Shown: positions 1-10,346, counted from the first letter of the stretch. The stretch is 64,000 nucleotides of DNA from an uncultured Bdellovibrio sp. (GCA_963932905.1 CAWVRN010000018.1:1-64000), one strand, 5' to 3'. The notes: generated by a model from the letters alone, not told the origin. Program-made: numbers and translations.

Positions 1-65
1 TTCAATGGAAGTCCCCGCTCGAACCCCTAAACGAAGCTTAAGAAGAAAGAAGGATTATCAATTAC

Positions 66-88
66 AAAAAACGGGGGTTTTTCCCCCA
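66..88 (-). terminator. Probable intrinsic terminator of the cheA-cheR-cheB operon
   Basis: Minus strand reads GGGGG-AAAAA-CCCCC then GTTTTTT, directly after the cheB stop at 93. Confidence 0.55.
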
Positions 89-92
89 ATCT

Positions 93-1148
93 CTACGCAG
101 CAGAAGACTTTTTAATCTGATTTAAAATTTCACCAGCCATACGATCCAAAGGCAAAATTTTATCAATAGCGCCAGCGCTCACCGCAGCGCCAGGCATTCC
201 GTAAACCACACAGCTCTTTTCATCCTGAGCAAAATTGTAACTGCCAGCTTTTTTCATTTCCAATAGGCCTTCCGCTCCATCTTTACCCATTCCAGTAAGA
301 ACGACACCCACAGCGTTTGCACCCACATACTGAGCCACTGAGCGTAGCAAATAATCCGCGGCCGGACGCACGTTATGAAGTTGCACTTGTTGATGAAGCG
401 TCACCGTATACTTTGCACCCTGACGACGAATTTCCATATGAAAGTTTCCGGGAGCAATCAAAACACGTCCAGGATGAACCACGTCGCCTTCTTGCGCCTC
501 TTTAACTTCAAATGGGAATAACGTATTTAAATGATCAGCGAAAGACTTCGTAAAACCCGGTGGCATATGTTGAACCACTACGGTTCCCGGGATATCCGCC
601 GGCATATTTTTAAATAAAACTTTCAGCGCTTCTGTTCCACCCGTCGACGAAGCAATTGCAAGAACTTGATTCGTAGTTTTAGCCAAAGCCTGATTTGCCT
701 TTTTATCTTTCGAGTATTTTGCTTCATAAGTTAGTCTTTGAAGCATTTTCGAATCGTGAACATCTTTCACAACTTGCACGATACTTTTAGCGATGTTTTC
801 TAAATTCTTGGCCACGTCGATAGATGGTTTTTCTACCACCTCGACAGCGCCAGCTTCGATAGCTCTTAAATACGTTTGCGATCCATGCGCCGCAACTGAA
901 CTAAAGACTACCGTCTTAATTGGGAAATGTTTCATCACTTTTTCTAAAAATGTGATGCCATCCATTTTAGGCATTTCTACATCCAACATCATGACGTCGG
1001 GTTTTAATTCAAAAATCTTTTCACGTGCTTGATAGGGATCACCCACGCTGCCAATAACTTCGATTTGCGAGTCAGTAGCAAAAATCTTTTCAAGCATCTT
1101 ACGGATTACCATTGAATCATCTACAATAAGTACTTTGATTTTACTCAT
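93..1148 (-). CDS. cheB: Chemotaxis response regulator protein-glutamate methylesterase
   Basis: N-terminal receiver (VLIVDDS, LDVEMP); methylesterase motifs ASSTGG, VQHMP, LTGMGKDGA. Confidence 0.97.
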   Translation of the reverse strand: MSKIKVLIVDDSMVIRKMLEKIFATDSQIEVIGSVGDPYQAREKIFELKPDVMMLDVEMPKMDGITFLEKVMKHFPIKTVVFSSVAAHGSQTYLRAIEAGAVEVVEKPSIDVAKNLENIAKSIVQVVKDVHDSKMLQRLTYEAKYSKDKKANQALAKTTNQVLAIASSTGGTEALKVLFKNMPADIPGTVVVQHMPPGFTKSFADHLNTLFPFEVKEAQEGDVVHPGRVLIAPGNFHMEIRRQGAKYTVTLHQQVQLHNVRPAADYLLRSVAQYVGANAVGVVLTGMGKDGAEGLLEMKKAGSYNFAQDEKSCVVYGMPGAAVSAGAIDKILPLDRMAGEILNQIKKSSAA

Positions 1149-2005
1149 TTGGCTTTCCTTTGATAGATCGCCTTTGACAAAGGTGTGATTAATTCATTTT
1201 TGATATTTCCAGATTCAGAATGACCTAGCAAAAGATGTCCTTTAGGGTTTAAAGAAAGTGCCAAGTTTTCCACAACTTTTTGCACCGTCTTTTCATCGAA
1301 ATAAATTAAAACGTTTCTGCAAAAAATGAAATCAAAAGGTCTTTTGAACTCATATTTTTGATCGATCAAATTGAATTGTGAAAAATGCACCATTTCCCGG
1401 ATAAAATCTTTAACACGATAGATGGTTTCACCATCATGAGTTGATCTATCGAAATATTTAAACATGATGTCCTTGGTGACGCCGCTCATTTCACTTTCTT
1501 TGTAATAACCAAGCGCGCCTTTTTTCAAAACATCGGTGTCGATGTCCGAGGCCAAAATTCTAACTGCTGCTCGTTGTTTTTCTGGGAGGTTTTCACACAC
1601 AGTGATTGCAATTGTGTAGGGTTCTTGGCCCGTGCTTGCGGCCGCACACCAGATACGCATTGAATATAGGGTTTCAAAATGAGCTTTAACAGCTTTACCA
1701 AACCAAGTAAAATGGGCCGCTTCGCGAAAGAAGGACGTCATATTAGTCGTTAACGCCGAAATAAATTCCTGTGTCTCTGCGGGCCCTGCCCCTTTTAAAA
1801 AAGTCCAATATTGCTCAAATGATGTTTTATTATAGGCACGAAGAATCTTAGCTAATCTATTTTTAACCAAGGCTTCATTTTTAGGATTAAAGGGCAAATT
1901 AACACCAGCCAACTCATATATATAGTTGGCAAATTTCATATAAGTTTCCTGGCTTAAATTAAATTCTTCGTGATTGAGCGAATTTAAATTCTTTGCCGCG
2001 CTCAC
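1145..2005 (-). CDS. cheR: Chemotaxis protein methyltransferase
   Basis: LTTNMTSFFRE, IWCAAASTGQEPYT, IFCRNVLIYF, LLGHSE; 4-bp overlaps with cheA and cheB. Confidence 0.97.
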   Translation of the reverse strand: MSAAKNLNSLNHEEFNLSQETYMKFANYIYELAGVNLPFNPKNEALVKNRLAKILRAYNKTSFEQYWTFLKGAGPAETQEFISALTTNMTSFFREAAHFTWFGKAVKAHFETLYSMRIWCAAASTGQEPYTIAITVCENLPEKQRAAVRILASDIDTDVLKKGALGYYKESEMSGVTKDIMFKYFDRSTHDGETIYRVKDFIREMVHFSQFNLIDQKYEFKRPFDFIFCRNVLIYFDEKTVQKVVENLALSLNPKGHLLLGHSESGNIKNELITPLSKAIYQRKAK

Positions 2006-3927
2006 GCAGCCGCCTGCGGAGTTGCGCTACGTATGATTTGGCCTGGATCCAAGATCAATACCGTTTTTCCGTCTCCTAAAATCGCAGCACCAGACACCTC
2101 TGGGATTTCTGTTCCCATCGCAAGACTCTTAACGACTACCTGTGCTTGCCCTAGGACATCATCCACTGGCAATGCCGATGTTAAATGACCTGACTCAATG
2201 ATCACAAGCATAATTTCATCGTTGCGGTTGCCACGATCCATAGTCACAAATGTATTTTTAGTTTGCCGTTTTTTAGCTAGTTCATTTAACAAGGGATCTA
2301 AATCAAGAACATTGTATAGACTTTCTCTGACTTTAGCGACCACACCTTTGCCAGGAAGCTGGGTAAACATGTTTTTCTTCACACGAATAATTTCTTTGAT
2401 AGTATAGATAGGTAAAATATAGCGTTCATTTTTAATTTGAACGACGATACCGTCTGTAATGGCCGTACTTAAAGGAATCGTCAGACGGAAAACAGAACCC
2501 TGTCCTTCTTTTGACTCAATGTTAATCTTACCATTTACACGCTCGATATTTGATTTAACAACGTCTAAACCCACTCCGCGACCAGATAAATCGCTGATTT
2601 TATCTGCTGTTGAAAAACCCGCCGCAAAAATGAACTTGAAAACTTCTTCGTTTGTTAATTTATCTGGATTCACGTTCTCAGGAACGATATTTTTCTCGAT
2701 AGCTTTATGTAGTACTTTTTCACGGTTAATACCTCCGCCATCATCTGAAATTTCAATGATAACGTTACCACCCATTTGTTTTGCAGCTACGGTAACTTTC
2801 GCTACTTCTGGCTTATTATTTTTCTTACGAGTTTCTCTTTTTTCCACTCCGTGATCCATTGCATTTCTTACTAAGTGAACTAAAGGATCACCTAATAATT
2901 CAAATACGGTGCGCTCGACTTCGGTTTCCTCACCTTTAAGTTCAAGATTGACGGGTTTATCTAAATCTAATGATACGTCACGTACAATACGTTGAATTTT
3001 TAAGAACAACGATTTTAGCGGCGTCATGCGGATACTTAGGGTTTTGTCATATAACTCACGTACGGCTTTATCAATTTGATCGACAATGGCAGCCAGCTCC
3101 GTATTGTTACCGTCTCTTACGATTTCATTTTGTACGATCTGATTTTTTAAAACAACTAACTCGCCGACCGCATTCAAAACGTTATCTACGCGAGTAGTAT
3201 CTACCTTTATAATTTGATTCGCATTAGCTTTAGCTGCTGCTTTGTTACCAGTCGTTTCTTTTTTTGTCTCGGTCGCTGGGGCTGATTTAACCGGTGCGGA
3301 ATCACCAACAACTTTTAATTCTGGAACTGATGTCACGCCACCTTGTACACCCGCTTTTTCATATTCGGCCAATACTTCCGGTGGAAGCTCTGCCATTAAT
3401 TCATTCAGCAAGTCGTAATTTGTATTATCTACTTCTTCCACCTTAGAAACGGCAACCGCCGCGGGAGCAGATTGAGTTGGTGCCACAGTAGGAGCAGGTG
3501 CTTGGTGAGCCAAACTGCCAACGCCTGTACCTAAACCCGCTAATATTTGACTGATCTTGCTTTCAAGACCCGATACGTCCCAAGGTGACTTGTCATTTTC
3601 GCGCAACATTTGAACGCGATTCTTAAATTCATCACCTGATTTCAAAAGAACTGAAATCGCTTCCGAGGTAACGAGTTCTGGTGAATTTCTAAGAACACTC
3701 AATAAGTCTTCAACATGATGGGCGAAATGTGAAAAATCTTGAAAACCTACGGCCGCAGCGCCGCCCTTAATAGAATGGGCTACCCTGAATATTTGCGTCA
3801 GATGTTCCTTTTTGTCTTCATCATTTTCTAAACCCAACATATGTTCTTCATATGTTTCTAATAGAAATGAAATTTCATTCAAAAAGTCGGTCTGTAGCTC
3901 TTCAAAAAACGAATTATCGTCAGACAT
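2002..3927 (-). CDS. cheA: Chemotaxis histidine kinase
   Basis: Hpt FRVAHSIKG, HLVRNAMDHG, DDGGG, GFSTA, SGRGVGLDVV, C-terminal CheW-like domain. Confidence 0.97.
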   Translation of the reverse strand: MSDDNSFFEELQTDFLNEISFLLETYEEHMLGLENDEDKKEHLTQIFRVAHSIKGGAAAVGFQDFSHFAHHVEDLLSVLRNSPELVTSEAISVLLKSGDEFKNRVQMLRENDKSPWDVSGLESKISQILAGLGTGVGSLAHQAPAPTVAPTQSAPAAVAVSKVEEVDNTNYDLLNELMAELPPEVLAEYEKAGVQGGVTSVPELKVVGDSAPVKSAPATETKKETTGNKAAAKANANQIIKVDTTRVDNVLNAVGELVVLKNQIVQNEIVRDGNNTELAAIVDQIDKAVRELYDKTLSIRMTPLKSLFLKIQRIVRDVSLDLDKPVNLELKGEETEVERTVFELLGDPLVHLVRNAMDHGVEKRETRKKNNKPEVAKVTVAAKQMGGNVIIEISDDGGGINREKVLHKAIEKNIVPENVNPDKLTNEEVFKFIFAAGFSTADKISDLSGRGVGLDVVKSNIERVNGKINIESKEGQGSVFRLTIPLSTAITDGIVVQIKNERYILPIYTIKEIIRVKKNMFTQLPGKGVVAKVRESLYNVLDLDPLLNELAKKRQTKNTFVTMDRGNRNDEIMLVIIESGHLTSALPVDDVLGQAQVVVKSLAMGTEIPEVSGAAILGDGKTVLILDPGQIIRSATPQAAA

Positions 3928-4114
3928 AAATCCTCACTCGATCGATGTATTTTCTTCGGATTACTGACGACTTAATCCTAGTACTGAAAAGAAATATTGA
4001 TATTTTCTAGACCTTCTACAAAAGTCGCCACGATTCATTGTGAGACATCGAAAACAACGTCAAAGAATCTTGAGTCGATTTAGGAGCTAAATTGCATCCA
4101 GCCGAAATTTTAAC

Positions 4115-4141
4115 TTAAGTTTTGCATGCAAATTACGACTA
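4115..4141 (+). promoter_or_regulatory. Candidate sigma-28 (FliA) promoter for cheW
   Basis: TTAAGTTT-N11-TACGACTA versus consensus TAAAGTTT-N11-GCCGATAA, 25 bp before the cheW start; good -35, partial -10. Confidence 0.35.
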
Positions 4142-4166
4142 GTTATTTGTATAGAAGGAGTGCCTT

Positions 4167-4655
4167 ATGAGCGTGTCTTTAGCGAAGCCTGGCCAATACT
4201 TAACATTCAAATTGAAAACTGAATTCTATGGCGTGGCCATTGAAAACGTTCGTGAAATCAATCGTGTAGGCGAAATTACGCCCGTTCCAAAGACTCCACA
4301 CTTTATCAAAGGCGTAACGAACTTACGCGGCAAAATCATTCCGGTAGTTAACTTACGAGAACGATTTGGCTTAACAGCTGAGGCCTACACACGTGATACG
4401 TGTGTCATCGTCATTGATACCCCACTGAATCAAATAGGTTTAATCGTCGACTCAGTAAAAGAAGTTGTAACTTTAGAAGCTAAACACATTGAAGCAGCAC
4501 CGACTTTAGGCGAATCTAAAGCGACAGACTTTATTACAGGGATGGGGAAGTACGACGAGAAAGTTATCATCCTCGTCGATATTGTATCTGTATTCACCGA
4601 CCAACAAATGGTTAATCTAGAAAAATTATCACAATCTAAAGCAGAAGCTGCTTAG
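4167..4655 (+). CDS. cheW: Chemotaxis coupling protein
   Basis: YLTFKL, ITPVPKTPHFIKGVTNLRGKIIPV, GLIVDSV; RBS GAAGGAG. Confidence 0.96.
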   Translation: MSVSLAKPGQYLTFKLKTEFYGVAIENVREINRVGEITPVPKTPHFIKGVTNLRGKIIPVVNLRERFGLTAEAYTRDTCVIVIDTPLNQIGLIVDSVKEVVTLEAKHIEAAPTLGESKATDFITGMGKYDEKVIILVDIVSVFTDQQMVNLEKLSQSKAEAA

Positions 4656-6645
4656 CTGCTTTTGCTATATGATCTGCGCTTAGACCGTGCTTTTGATATA
4701 ACTCTTCAGCGGTGTAAGCGCTTTGTCCAAATTTTCCATCCACAGCTAAATGAATCGTGCGATTTTCAATTCGATTTTCGTTTAAGAACGCTTGGAGAGC
4801 TTGTCCTAAACCGCCAATTTTCTGGTGATCTTCAACGACAACCATATGACCATTTGATTTTTTCAACGTCGCCACGTAGAAATCTTTCTGGAACGAGTTT
4901 AATTGCGATTGATTAATAACCACCGCACCAATTCCATCTTTTTCTAATTTTGCTGCCGCGTTCACTGCGGACTGCACTGTTGAGCCAGACGCCACGATGG
5001 TTACAGTTTTGCTGCCTTTCAAGTTTTCAGACACTGTCTGTGGCTGACCTAGTTTGAAGCCCGTAGCACCGTAATTTTTAGGGAAGTTTTCACGACCCAA
5101 GAAGAAAATCTTAGATCTTGGAGTTATACCCTTTTTACAATCGGCTGGAAATGATTCAATAGCTTGCTTCACAAGCTCATGCGCTTCTTCGCTGCAAGAT
5201 AGATTGTAAATATCTACGTATGGAATTGACGACAACATCGCCACGTAACTTAAAGCCTGGTGAGACGCCCCATCTGCGGCATCTTGAAAACCTGTATGTG
5301 AAAAAACTCCGATGACAGGCGCTTCCGATAATGACGCCATGGTTAAAGGCAATGCCCCTTTCGTCACACCAAACTGAGCAAATGTATCTACTACGGGGAT
5401 GTAACCCAATTTAGATAAACCAGCCGCTGCCGACACCATGTTGCTTTCCGCGACACCCACATCAAAAGACGCTTCTGGAAATTCTTTGCGGAAATCAGCC
5501 ACGCCTGTCGATCCAGGCAGATCCGAAGTCACTGACAAAACAGGAAGCCCAGCTTTTCGAGCTTGGATCATTGCGCTCGCTACACCTTTTTGAATTTTCT
5601 CGCCGGAATCTTTTTTACCGCTAGCGATGATTTGATTTTCTAATTGAATTAATTCTTCAATCCAAACATCGAATTCTTTTGGATATGGTTTGCCATCATA
5701 AATTTCAGCGACGAACGCTGTTAATTCTTTTGGGCTCTTCAGTGGAAAACCGTGTCCACCCGAGCTGCTTTCTGCAGTTTTTTTAGTTCCGATACCTTTT
5801 ACTGTCTTTGCATGAATCGCTACAGGGACTTTTGGATTTTTCTGAGCTTTATCTAACGCTGTTTGAATCGCATCGTAACAGGCCTTCAGATCGTTACCTT
5901 TTTCTAGTGTGATTACATCCCAACCCAATGTCTTCAAAGATTCAAATGTTGGTGTCATCGAGAAACTGTCTTTATCTATACGACCACTTAATTTTGTATT
6001 ATTATCACTGATGATTAATACATACGGAGCCAGTAACCCTTTCGCTGCTAAACCAGGAACGCTGGCCATCGCTTCACGAGCTTCACCTTCCATACAGGCA
6101 CCATCAGAAATCGCACAAACCGTTGTACGCATTGTTGCTGATAATTTCTCGCCCATTGCAAGACCTAAAGTTTGTGGGAACGCAGATCCTAAAGGGCCGT
6201 TACTCAAAAACACGCCTTCACCGAATAAGTGAACTTCTCCGTGACCGGTAAGAGGCGATGTGATCGATCGGAATTGTTTTAAACTATTAACTTGCAAACC
6301 AGCCAATTCGTAATTCGCTTTCAATGCGTACAAACCGTTTTCACAGTGACCGGCATCGTTGACGAAGTGAAACTGTTCCGTCCAACTTTTTCCCGCTTTC
6401 ACAGATCTGTTAAACATCAAACCGTGAAGCGCACTCATTAACTCGGCAAACGCTGCGGGACCACCATAATGTGAAGCAGCTCCACCGAGCACAGCATTCA
6501 TATCCATCAGCGAAACGAGTGCACGAGTGGCACGTGGATCCGCTAACTCAACTTGAGTTCCATCGGCGGCCGTTATCTTTTCACTGTATTTAAGATTTTG
6601 TTTGGGATTGTTGAATAATTTATTACTAATTTTTATGGGTTCCAT
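4636..6645 (-). CDS. tkt: Transketolase-family thiamine-diphosphate enzyme (single chain)
   Basis: SHYGG, DAGH, GPLG, TPP motif SDGACMEG...DNN, DVGVAESNM, DGASHQ, VVVEDH. Confidence 0.85.
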   Translation of the reverse strand: MEPIKISNKLFNNPKQNLKYSEKITAADGTQVELADPRATRALVSLMDMNAVLGGAASHYGGPAAFAELMSALHGLMFNRSVKAGKSWTEQFHFVNDAGHCENGLYALKANYELAGLQVNSLKQFRSITSPLTGHGEVHLFGEGVFLSNGPLGSAFPQTLGLAMGEKLSATMRTTVCAISDGACMEGEAREAMASVPGLAAKGLLAPYVLIISDNNTKLSGRIDKDSFSMTPTFESLKTLGWDVITLEKGNDLKACYDAIQTALDKAQKNPKVPVAIHAKTVKGIGTKKTAESSSGGHGFPLKSPKELTAFVAEIYDGKPYPKEFDVWIEELIQLENQIIASGKKDSGEKIQKGVASAMIQARKAGLPVLSVTSDLPGSTGVADFRKEFPEASFDVGVAESNMVSAAAGLSKLGYIPVVDTFAQFGVTKGALPLTMASLSEAPVIGVFSHTGFQDAADGASHQALSYVAMLSSIPYVDIYNLSCSEEAHELVKQAIESFPADCKKGITPRSKIFFLGRENFPKNYGATGFKLGQPQTVSENLKGSKTVTIVASGSTVQSAVNAAAKLEKDGIGAVVINQSQLNSFQKDFYVATLKKSNGHMVVVEDHQKIGGLGQALQAFLNENRIENRTIHLAVDGKFGQSAYTAEELYQKHGLSADHIAKAAKQLLL

Positions 6646-6665
6646 AATCGAAATCCTTTGAATGC

Positions 6666-6679
6666 TAGACCATGGTCTA
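6666..6679. promoter_or_regulatory. Perfect 14-bp palindrome, candidate operator in the tkt / S8 protease divergent region
   Basis: TAGACCATGGTCTA is self-complementary, about 20 bp upstream of the tkt start. Confidence 0.3.
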
Positions 6680-6845
6680 TAGATGACCTAAAAAAAATGA
6701 ATTCTCAAGGATTTTGTTCTTAGCCATAGCTTGCAAACTAACACTTTTATAATAACCTTATTCCACGACTTTGGGTCAGGGAGGGTGAGGGATCTCACAG
6801 ACTTTAGGTTAGATAAAAAACCAAACCACTATGGAAGGGGTTCAC

Positions 6846-8234
6846 ATGAAAAAGTTATTATTAGCACTAGTCGCGGGTCTAGGACTGCAAGCCAATGCAG
6901 CCCAATTTGATCCAGTACTACAACCGTTCTTGAATCGTTCTCAAGATACACGCATCATCCGCGTTATCTTAACATTCAAAGATCAAAACCCGGCAGTACG
7001 CTCTGTGGCGGCGCCAATTCGTTCAGCACAAGCTCGTGCTCAAGTTCAGAACATGTTGATGCAAAACTCTAAAGCGAGCCAAGCACAGTTTGCTCAGACT
7101 TTAAATCGATGGAGTCGTTCTGGTGTAACGAATCAGTATTACTCGTTATGGATTATCAACGGTATGATCCTAGATCTCCCGGTAAAAGATCTTAGCCGTT
7201 TAGCGACTGAGCCATCAATTAATTACGTTCATGCAAATACGAACTTACAATTAATTGCTCCTGTAGGTGGACGCGCTCTAGCTCCAACTCAAATGCGCGA
7301 AGAGCCGCAATTGACGTACGGACTACAAAAAATCAACATCCCACAATTAAGAGCCGCAAAACCAGACCTAACTGGTAAAGCCGTTCGCGTTGGCGTGGTT
7401 GACACAGGTATCGACGGAACTCATCCCGATTTAGCGAACAAAGTGATCGCTTTCGGTGACTTCGTTAATAAAAAGACAACAGCTTATGATGATCAAGGTC
7501 ACGGAACACACGTTTCTGGAACTATCGGTGGCGGCGCTACTTCTGGAACTGGTATTGGTGTAGCTCCTGAAGTGCGCTTCATCGGCGCTAAATTCCTAGA
7601 TAAAAATGGCAGCGGTACATTTGCAAATGCGGTTTTAGCAATGCAATGGGTGGTTGATCCAGATGGCAAGCCAGAAACTGATGACGGTGCTATGATCGTA
7701 AGTAATTCTTGGGGTGGTGGCGCTCCTTCAGCAAGCGAAGATCCAGCGAACAATGCTCTTTGCCAAGCTATTAACTCATGGGTGAAATTAGGTGTGGCTC
7801 CTATCTTTGCAGCTGGTAACTCTGGCCCAAGTGCTAAAACTGTTGGACTTCCAGGCGGATGCCCGGCCGCTCTAACTGTTGGCGCAAGTGATGCTAACGA
7901 CCAAATCGCAAGCTTCAGCTCACGTGGTCCGGCTATTTGGAAAACTGGCAGTTTCGTAAAACCAGAAATCGTTGCTCCGGGTGTAAAAATTAAATCCAGC
8001 TTTCCTGGTAACAAGTACGCAGAACTTTCTGGTACTTCAATGGCGACTCCGCACGTAGCGGGTGTTGTAGCGTTGCTCTACCAACTACAACCTAAAATTT
8101 CAGCTGAACAATTGGTTAACGTAATCAAATCATCAGCTACTAAAATTGGCCAAGATCCTAATACATACGGTGCTGGCCGCATTGATGCTTTAAAAGCAGC
8201 TCAATCATTAGGTCTATCAACTCGTCGTTTCTAG
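6846..8234 (+). CDS. Secreted subtilisin-like serine protease (S8) with propeptide
   Basis: Signal peptide MKKLLLALVAGLGLQANA; triad VVDTG, HGTHVSG, SGTSMATPH; oxyanion AAGN. Start moved from 6831 to the MKK Met. Confidence 0.95.
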   Translation: MKKLLLALVAGLGLQANAAQFDPVLQPFLNRSQDTRIIRVILTFKDQNPAVRSVAAPIRSAQARAQVQNMLMQNSKASQAQFAQTLNRWSRSGVTNQYYSLWIINGMILDLPVKDLSRLATEPSINYVHANTNLQLIAPVGGRALAPTQMREEPQLTYGLQKINIPQLRAAKPDLTGKAVRVGVVDTGIDGTHPDLANKVIAFGDFVNKKTTAYDDQGHGTHVSGTIGGGATSGTGIGVAPEVRFIGAKFLDKNGSGTFANAVLAMQWVVDPDGKPETDDGAMIVSNSWGGGAPSASEDPANNALCQAINSWVKLGVAPIFAAGNSGPSAKTVGLPGGCPAALTVGASDANDQIASFSSRGPAIWKTGSFVKPEIVAPGVKIKSSFPGNKYAELSGTSMATPHVAGVVALLYQLQPKISAEQLVNVIKSSATKIGQDPNTYGAGRIDALKAAQSLGLSTRRF

Positions 8235-8257
8235 TATTTTAAATACTGATTACGCAC

Positions 8258-8289
8258 AAGGCGACTCATTGCGAGTCGCCTTTTTTTTT
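8258..8289 (+). terminator. Intrinsic terminator after the S8 protease
   Basis: AAGGCGACTC-ATTGC-GAGTCGCCTT followed by a T-run. Confidence 0.9.
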
Positions 8290-8303
8290 ACTACACTCCG
8301 TCC

Positions 8304-9314
8304 ATGACTCAGCTGTTTTCTGCAAAGCCTATCCCAAAAGTTGAACTTCACCGACATCTTGATTGTTCTTGGCGCTACTCAACACTTGTTGAGCTAGCCA
8401 AGAAATTTAAACTGATCGATTCTACTGATTATGCGGAGGTGGAAAGGAAGCTCTTAGTCACATCACCGATGACCGATCTTGAATCGGTGCTAAAAAAATT
8501 CACACGCGCGCAGAAACTTTTGTGCAGCGAAGAGATTCTAACTCGGCTGACATTTGAAACATTAGAAGATGCTTACAACGATGGAATTCGCATTCTAGAA
8601 CTTCGCTATTCTCTGAACTTTATTCAAGGCGGTTGCGGACTATCTTACGATAAAATCCACGAGGCCCTACTAAAAGGCATCGAGCAAGCACAAAAGAAAT
8701 ATCCTATTGCGACTGGTTTGATATCTATTTTCCAGCGCGATCAATCTAAAGAACATTTACAAAAAATTCTAGATTTCACTCTGCAAAACAAAAGTACGTT
8801 TATTGCTGCGGATCTTGCGGATAACGAAGCCGCTGCCGATCCGAATAGCTTTAAATGGCTATTTGATAAAATCTATGAAGCCGGCATGCCCATCACGATT
8901 CATTCCGGGGAAACACCCGACACAAAGGCACCTCAACGAGTTAAAGACGCCGTTGAAATTCTTCATGCCACCAGAATCGGACATGGTATTCAGATTTTTC
9001 AAGACCAGACAGTCATTGATTTTGTGAAAGCAAAAAAAGTTCACTTAGAAATCTGCCCGATCAGCAATGCTCTGACTCAAGCATTTATCAACCGTAAAAA
9101 TCATCCCTTTTTAGATTTGTACAGAGCCGGTGTTTCCGTTTCTATTAATTCGGACGATCCTGGTATTTTCAATACGTATCTAAGCGATGACTATGGCTAC
9201 CTGACTCATCATTTTGGATTAACACACGAAGATTTTTCAAAAATAAATAAGCTGGCTTATGACGCTTCTTTCATCTCGACTGCCGAGAAAAATAGAGTCA
9301 TGCCAAATATCTAA
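8304..9314 (+). CDS. add: Adenosine deaminase
   Basis: ELHRHLD, HSGE, RIGHG, EICPISN, NSDDP metal-binding motifs. Confidence 0.9.
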   Translation: MTQLFSAKPIPKVELHRHLDCSWRYSTLVELAKKFKLIDSTDYAEVERKLLVTSPMTDLESVLKKFTRAQKLLCSEEILTRLTFETLEDAYNDGIRILELRYSLNFIQGGCGLSYDKIHEALLKGIEQAQKKYPIATGLISIFQRDQSKEHLQKILDFTLQNKSTFIAADLADNEAAADPNSFKWLFDKIYEAGMPITIHSGETPDTKAPQRVKDAVEILHATRIGHGIQIFQDQTVIDFVKAKKVHLEICPISNALTQAFINRKNHPFLDLYRAGVSVSINSDDPGIFNTYLSDDYGYLTHHFGLTHEDFSKINKLAYDASFISTAEKNRVMPNI

Positions 9315-9324
9315 CGGAGAAGTT

Positions 9325-10272
9325 ATGAACGAATTATTTCCAGAAATTAAGCCCTTCAATTCAGGATTTATAAAAGTTTCCGATCTGCACACCGTGTACT
9401 TTGAAGAATGCGGAAACCCTAACGGAACACCGATCGTATTTTTGCATGGTGGCCCAGGCGGCGGTATTTCCGAAGACCACAGACGTTTCTATGACCCCAA
9501 AACATATCGCATTGTTTTGTTCGATCAACGTGGTTGTGGCAAAAGCACGCCATTTGCGGAACTTAAAGAAAACTCAACATGGGAACTAGTTTCAGATATC
9601 GAAAAAATCAGAACGCATTTGAAAATTGATAAATGGATTGTATTCGGCGGCAGCTGGGGATCTACGCTGGCTTTGGCGTATGGTATTCGTCATCCGCAAA
9701 AATGCTTGGGTTTTATCTTGCGCGGAATTTTCTTATGCCGCCCCTGGGAGATCGACTGGTTTTATCAACGTGGTACTTCGCTACTATTCCCTGATTTGTT
9801 TGAAGAATATGAAAAGCAAATTCCCGAAAACCAACGTGGCACGATGGTTAAGAGCTACTATCAGCAATTAACCGGAACAGATAAAGAAAAGCAATTACAA
9901 GCCGCCAAACGCTGGAGTATCTGGGAAGCTTCTACATCTAAATTAAAAATGGATAAAGGCTTTATCGACGAATACGAAGAAGCCGAGAAAGCTCTGCCAT
10001 TCGCGCGCATTGAATGCCATTACTTCATGAACAACGCCTTCTTTGATACAGAGAACTACCTATTAGAAAATGTAAAAAATATTACGCATTTACCATGTAT
10101 TATCGTTCAAGGTCGTTATGATGTCGTTTGCCCTGCCAAAAGCGCTTGGGAATTACACAAAAGCTGGCCGGGTTCTAAACTGACTATCGTTCCAGATGCG
10201 GGCCATTCAGTCAGTGAGCCAGGCATTCGTCACGAATTGATAAGTGCAACAGAAGCCTTTAAAAAACTGTAA
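9325..10272 (+). CDS. pip: Proline iminopeptidase (S33)
   Basis: LHGGPGGG, FDQRGCG, GGSWGS, GRYDVVCP, AGHS; start moved to ATG 9325 after GGAGA RBS. Confidence 0.95.
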   Translation: MNELFPEIKPFNSGFIKVSDLHTVYFEECGNPNGTPIVFLHGGPGGGISEDHRRFYDPKTYRIVLFDQRGCGKSTPFAELKENSTWELVSDIEKIRTHLKIDKWIVFGGSWGSTLALAYGIRHPQKCLGFILRGIFLCRPWEIDWFYQRGTSLLFPDLFEEYEKQIPENQRGTMVKSYYQQLTGTDKEKQLQAAKRWSIWEASTSKLKMDKGFIDEYEEAEKALPFARIECHYFMNNAFFDTENYLLENVKNITHLPCIIVQGRYDVVCPAKSAWELHKSWPGSKLTIVPDAGHSVSEPGIRHELISATEAFKKL

Positions 10273-10310
10273 CTCATAAAATTATTTCGTCCCTGGCGGG
10301 TGAGCGCCAA

Positions 10311-10346
10311 TTCAACGTCCATAAATATTTCTTATGCGACGTTGAA
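10311..10346. other. Intergenic inverted repeat (hairpin or operator) between pip and the S1 protease
   Basis: TTCAACGTC-CATAA...TTATG-C-GACGTTGAA; no clear U-tract. Confidence 0.45.

Noticed and set aside
1..92. Possible 3' end of a plus-strand gene
   Set aside because: Too short to assign a frame or product
3952..3982. Possible sigma-28 promoter for cheA (TAGG...TCCGAAGA)
   Set aside because: The spacing is off by one and the -35 match is weak
6720..6735. Possible sigma-54 promoter before the S8 protease (TTAGCCATAGCTTGC)
   Set aside because: It lacks the invariant GG at the required spacing
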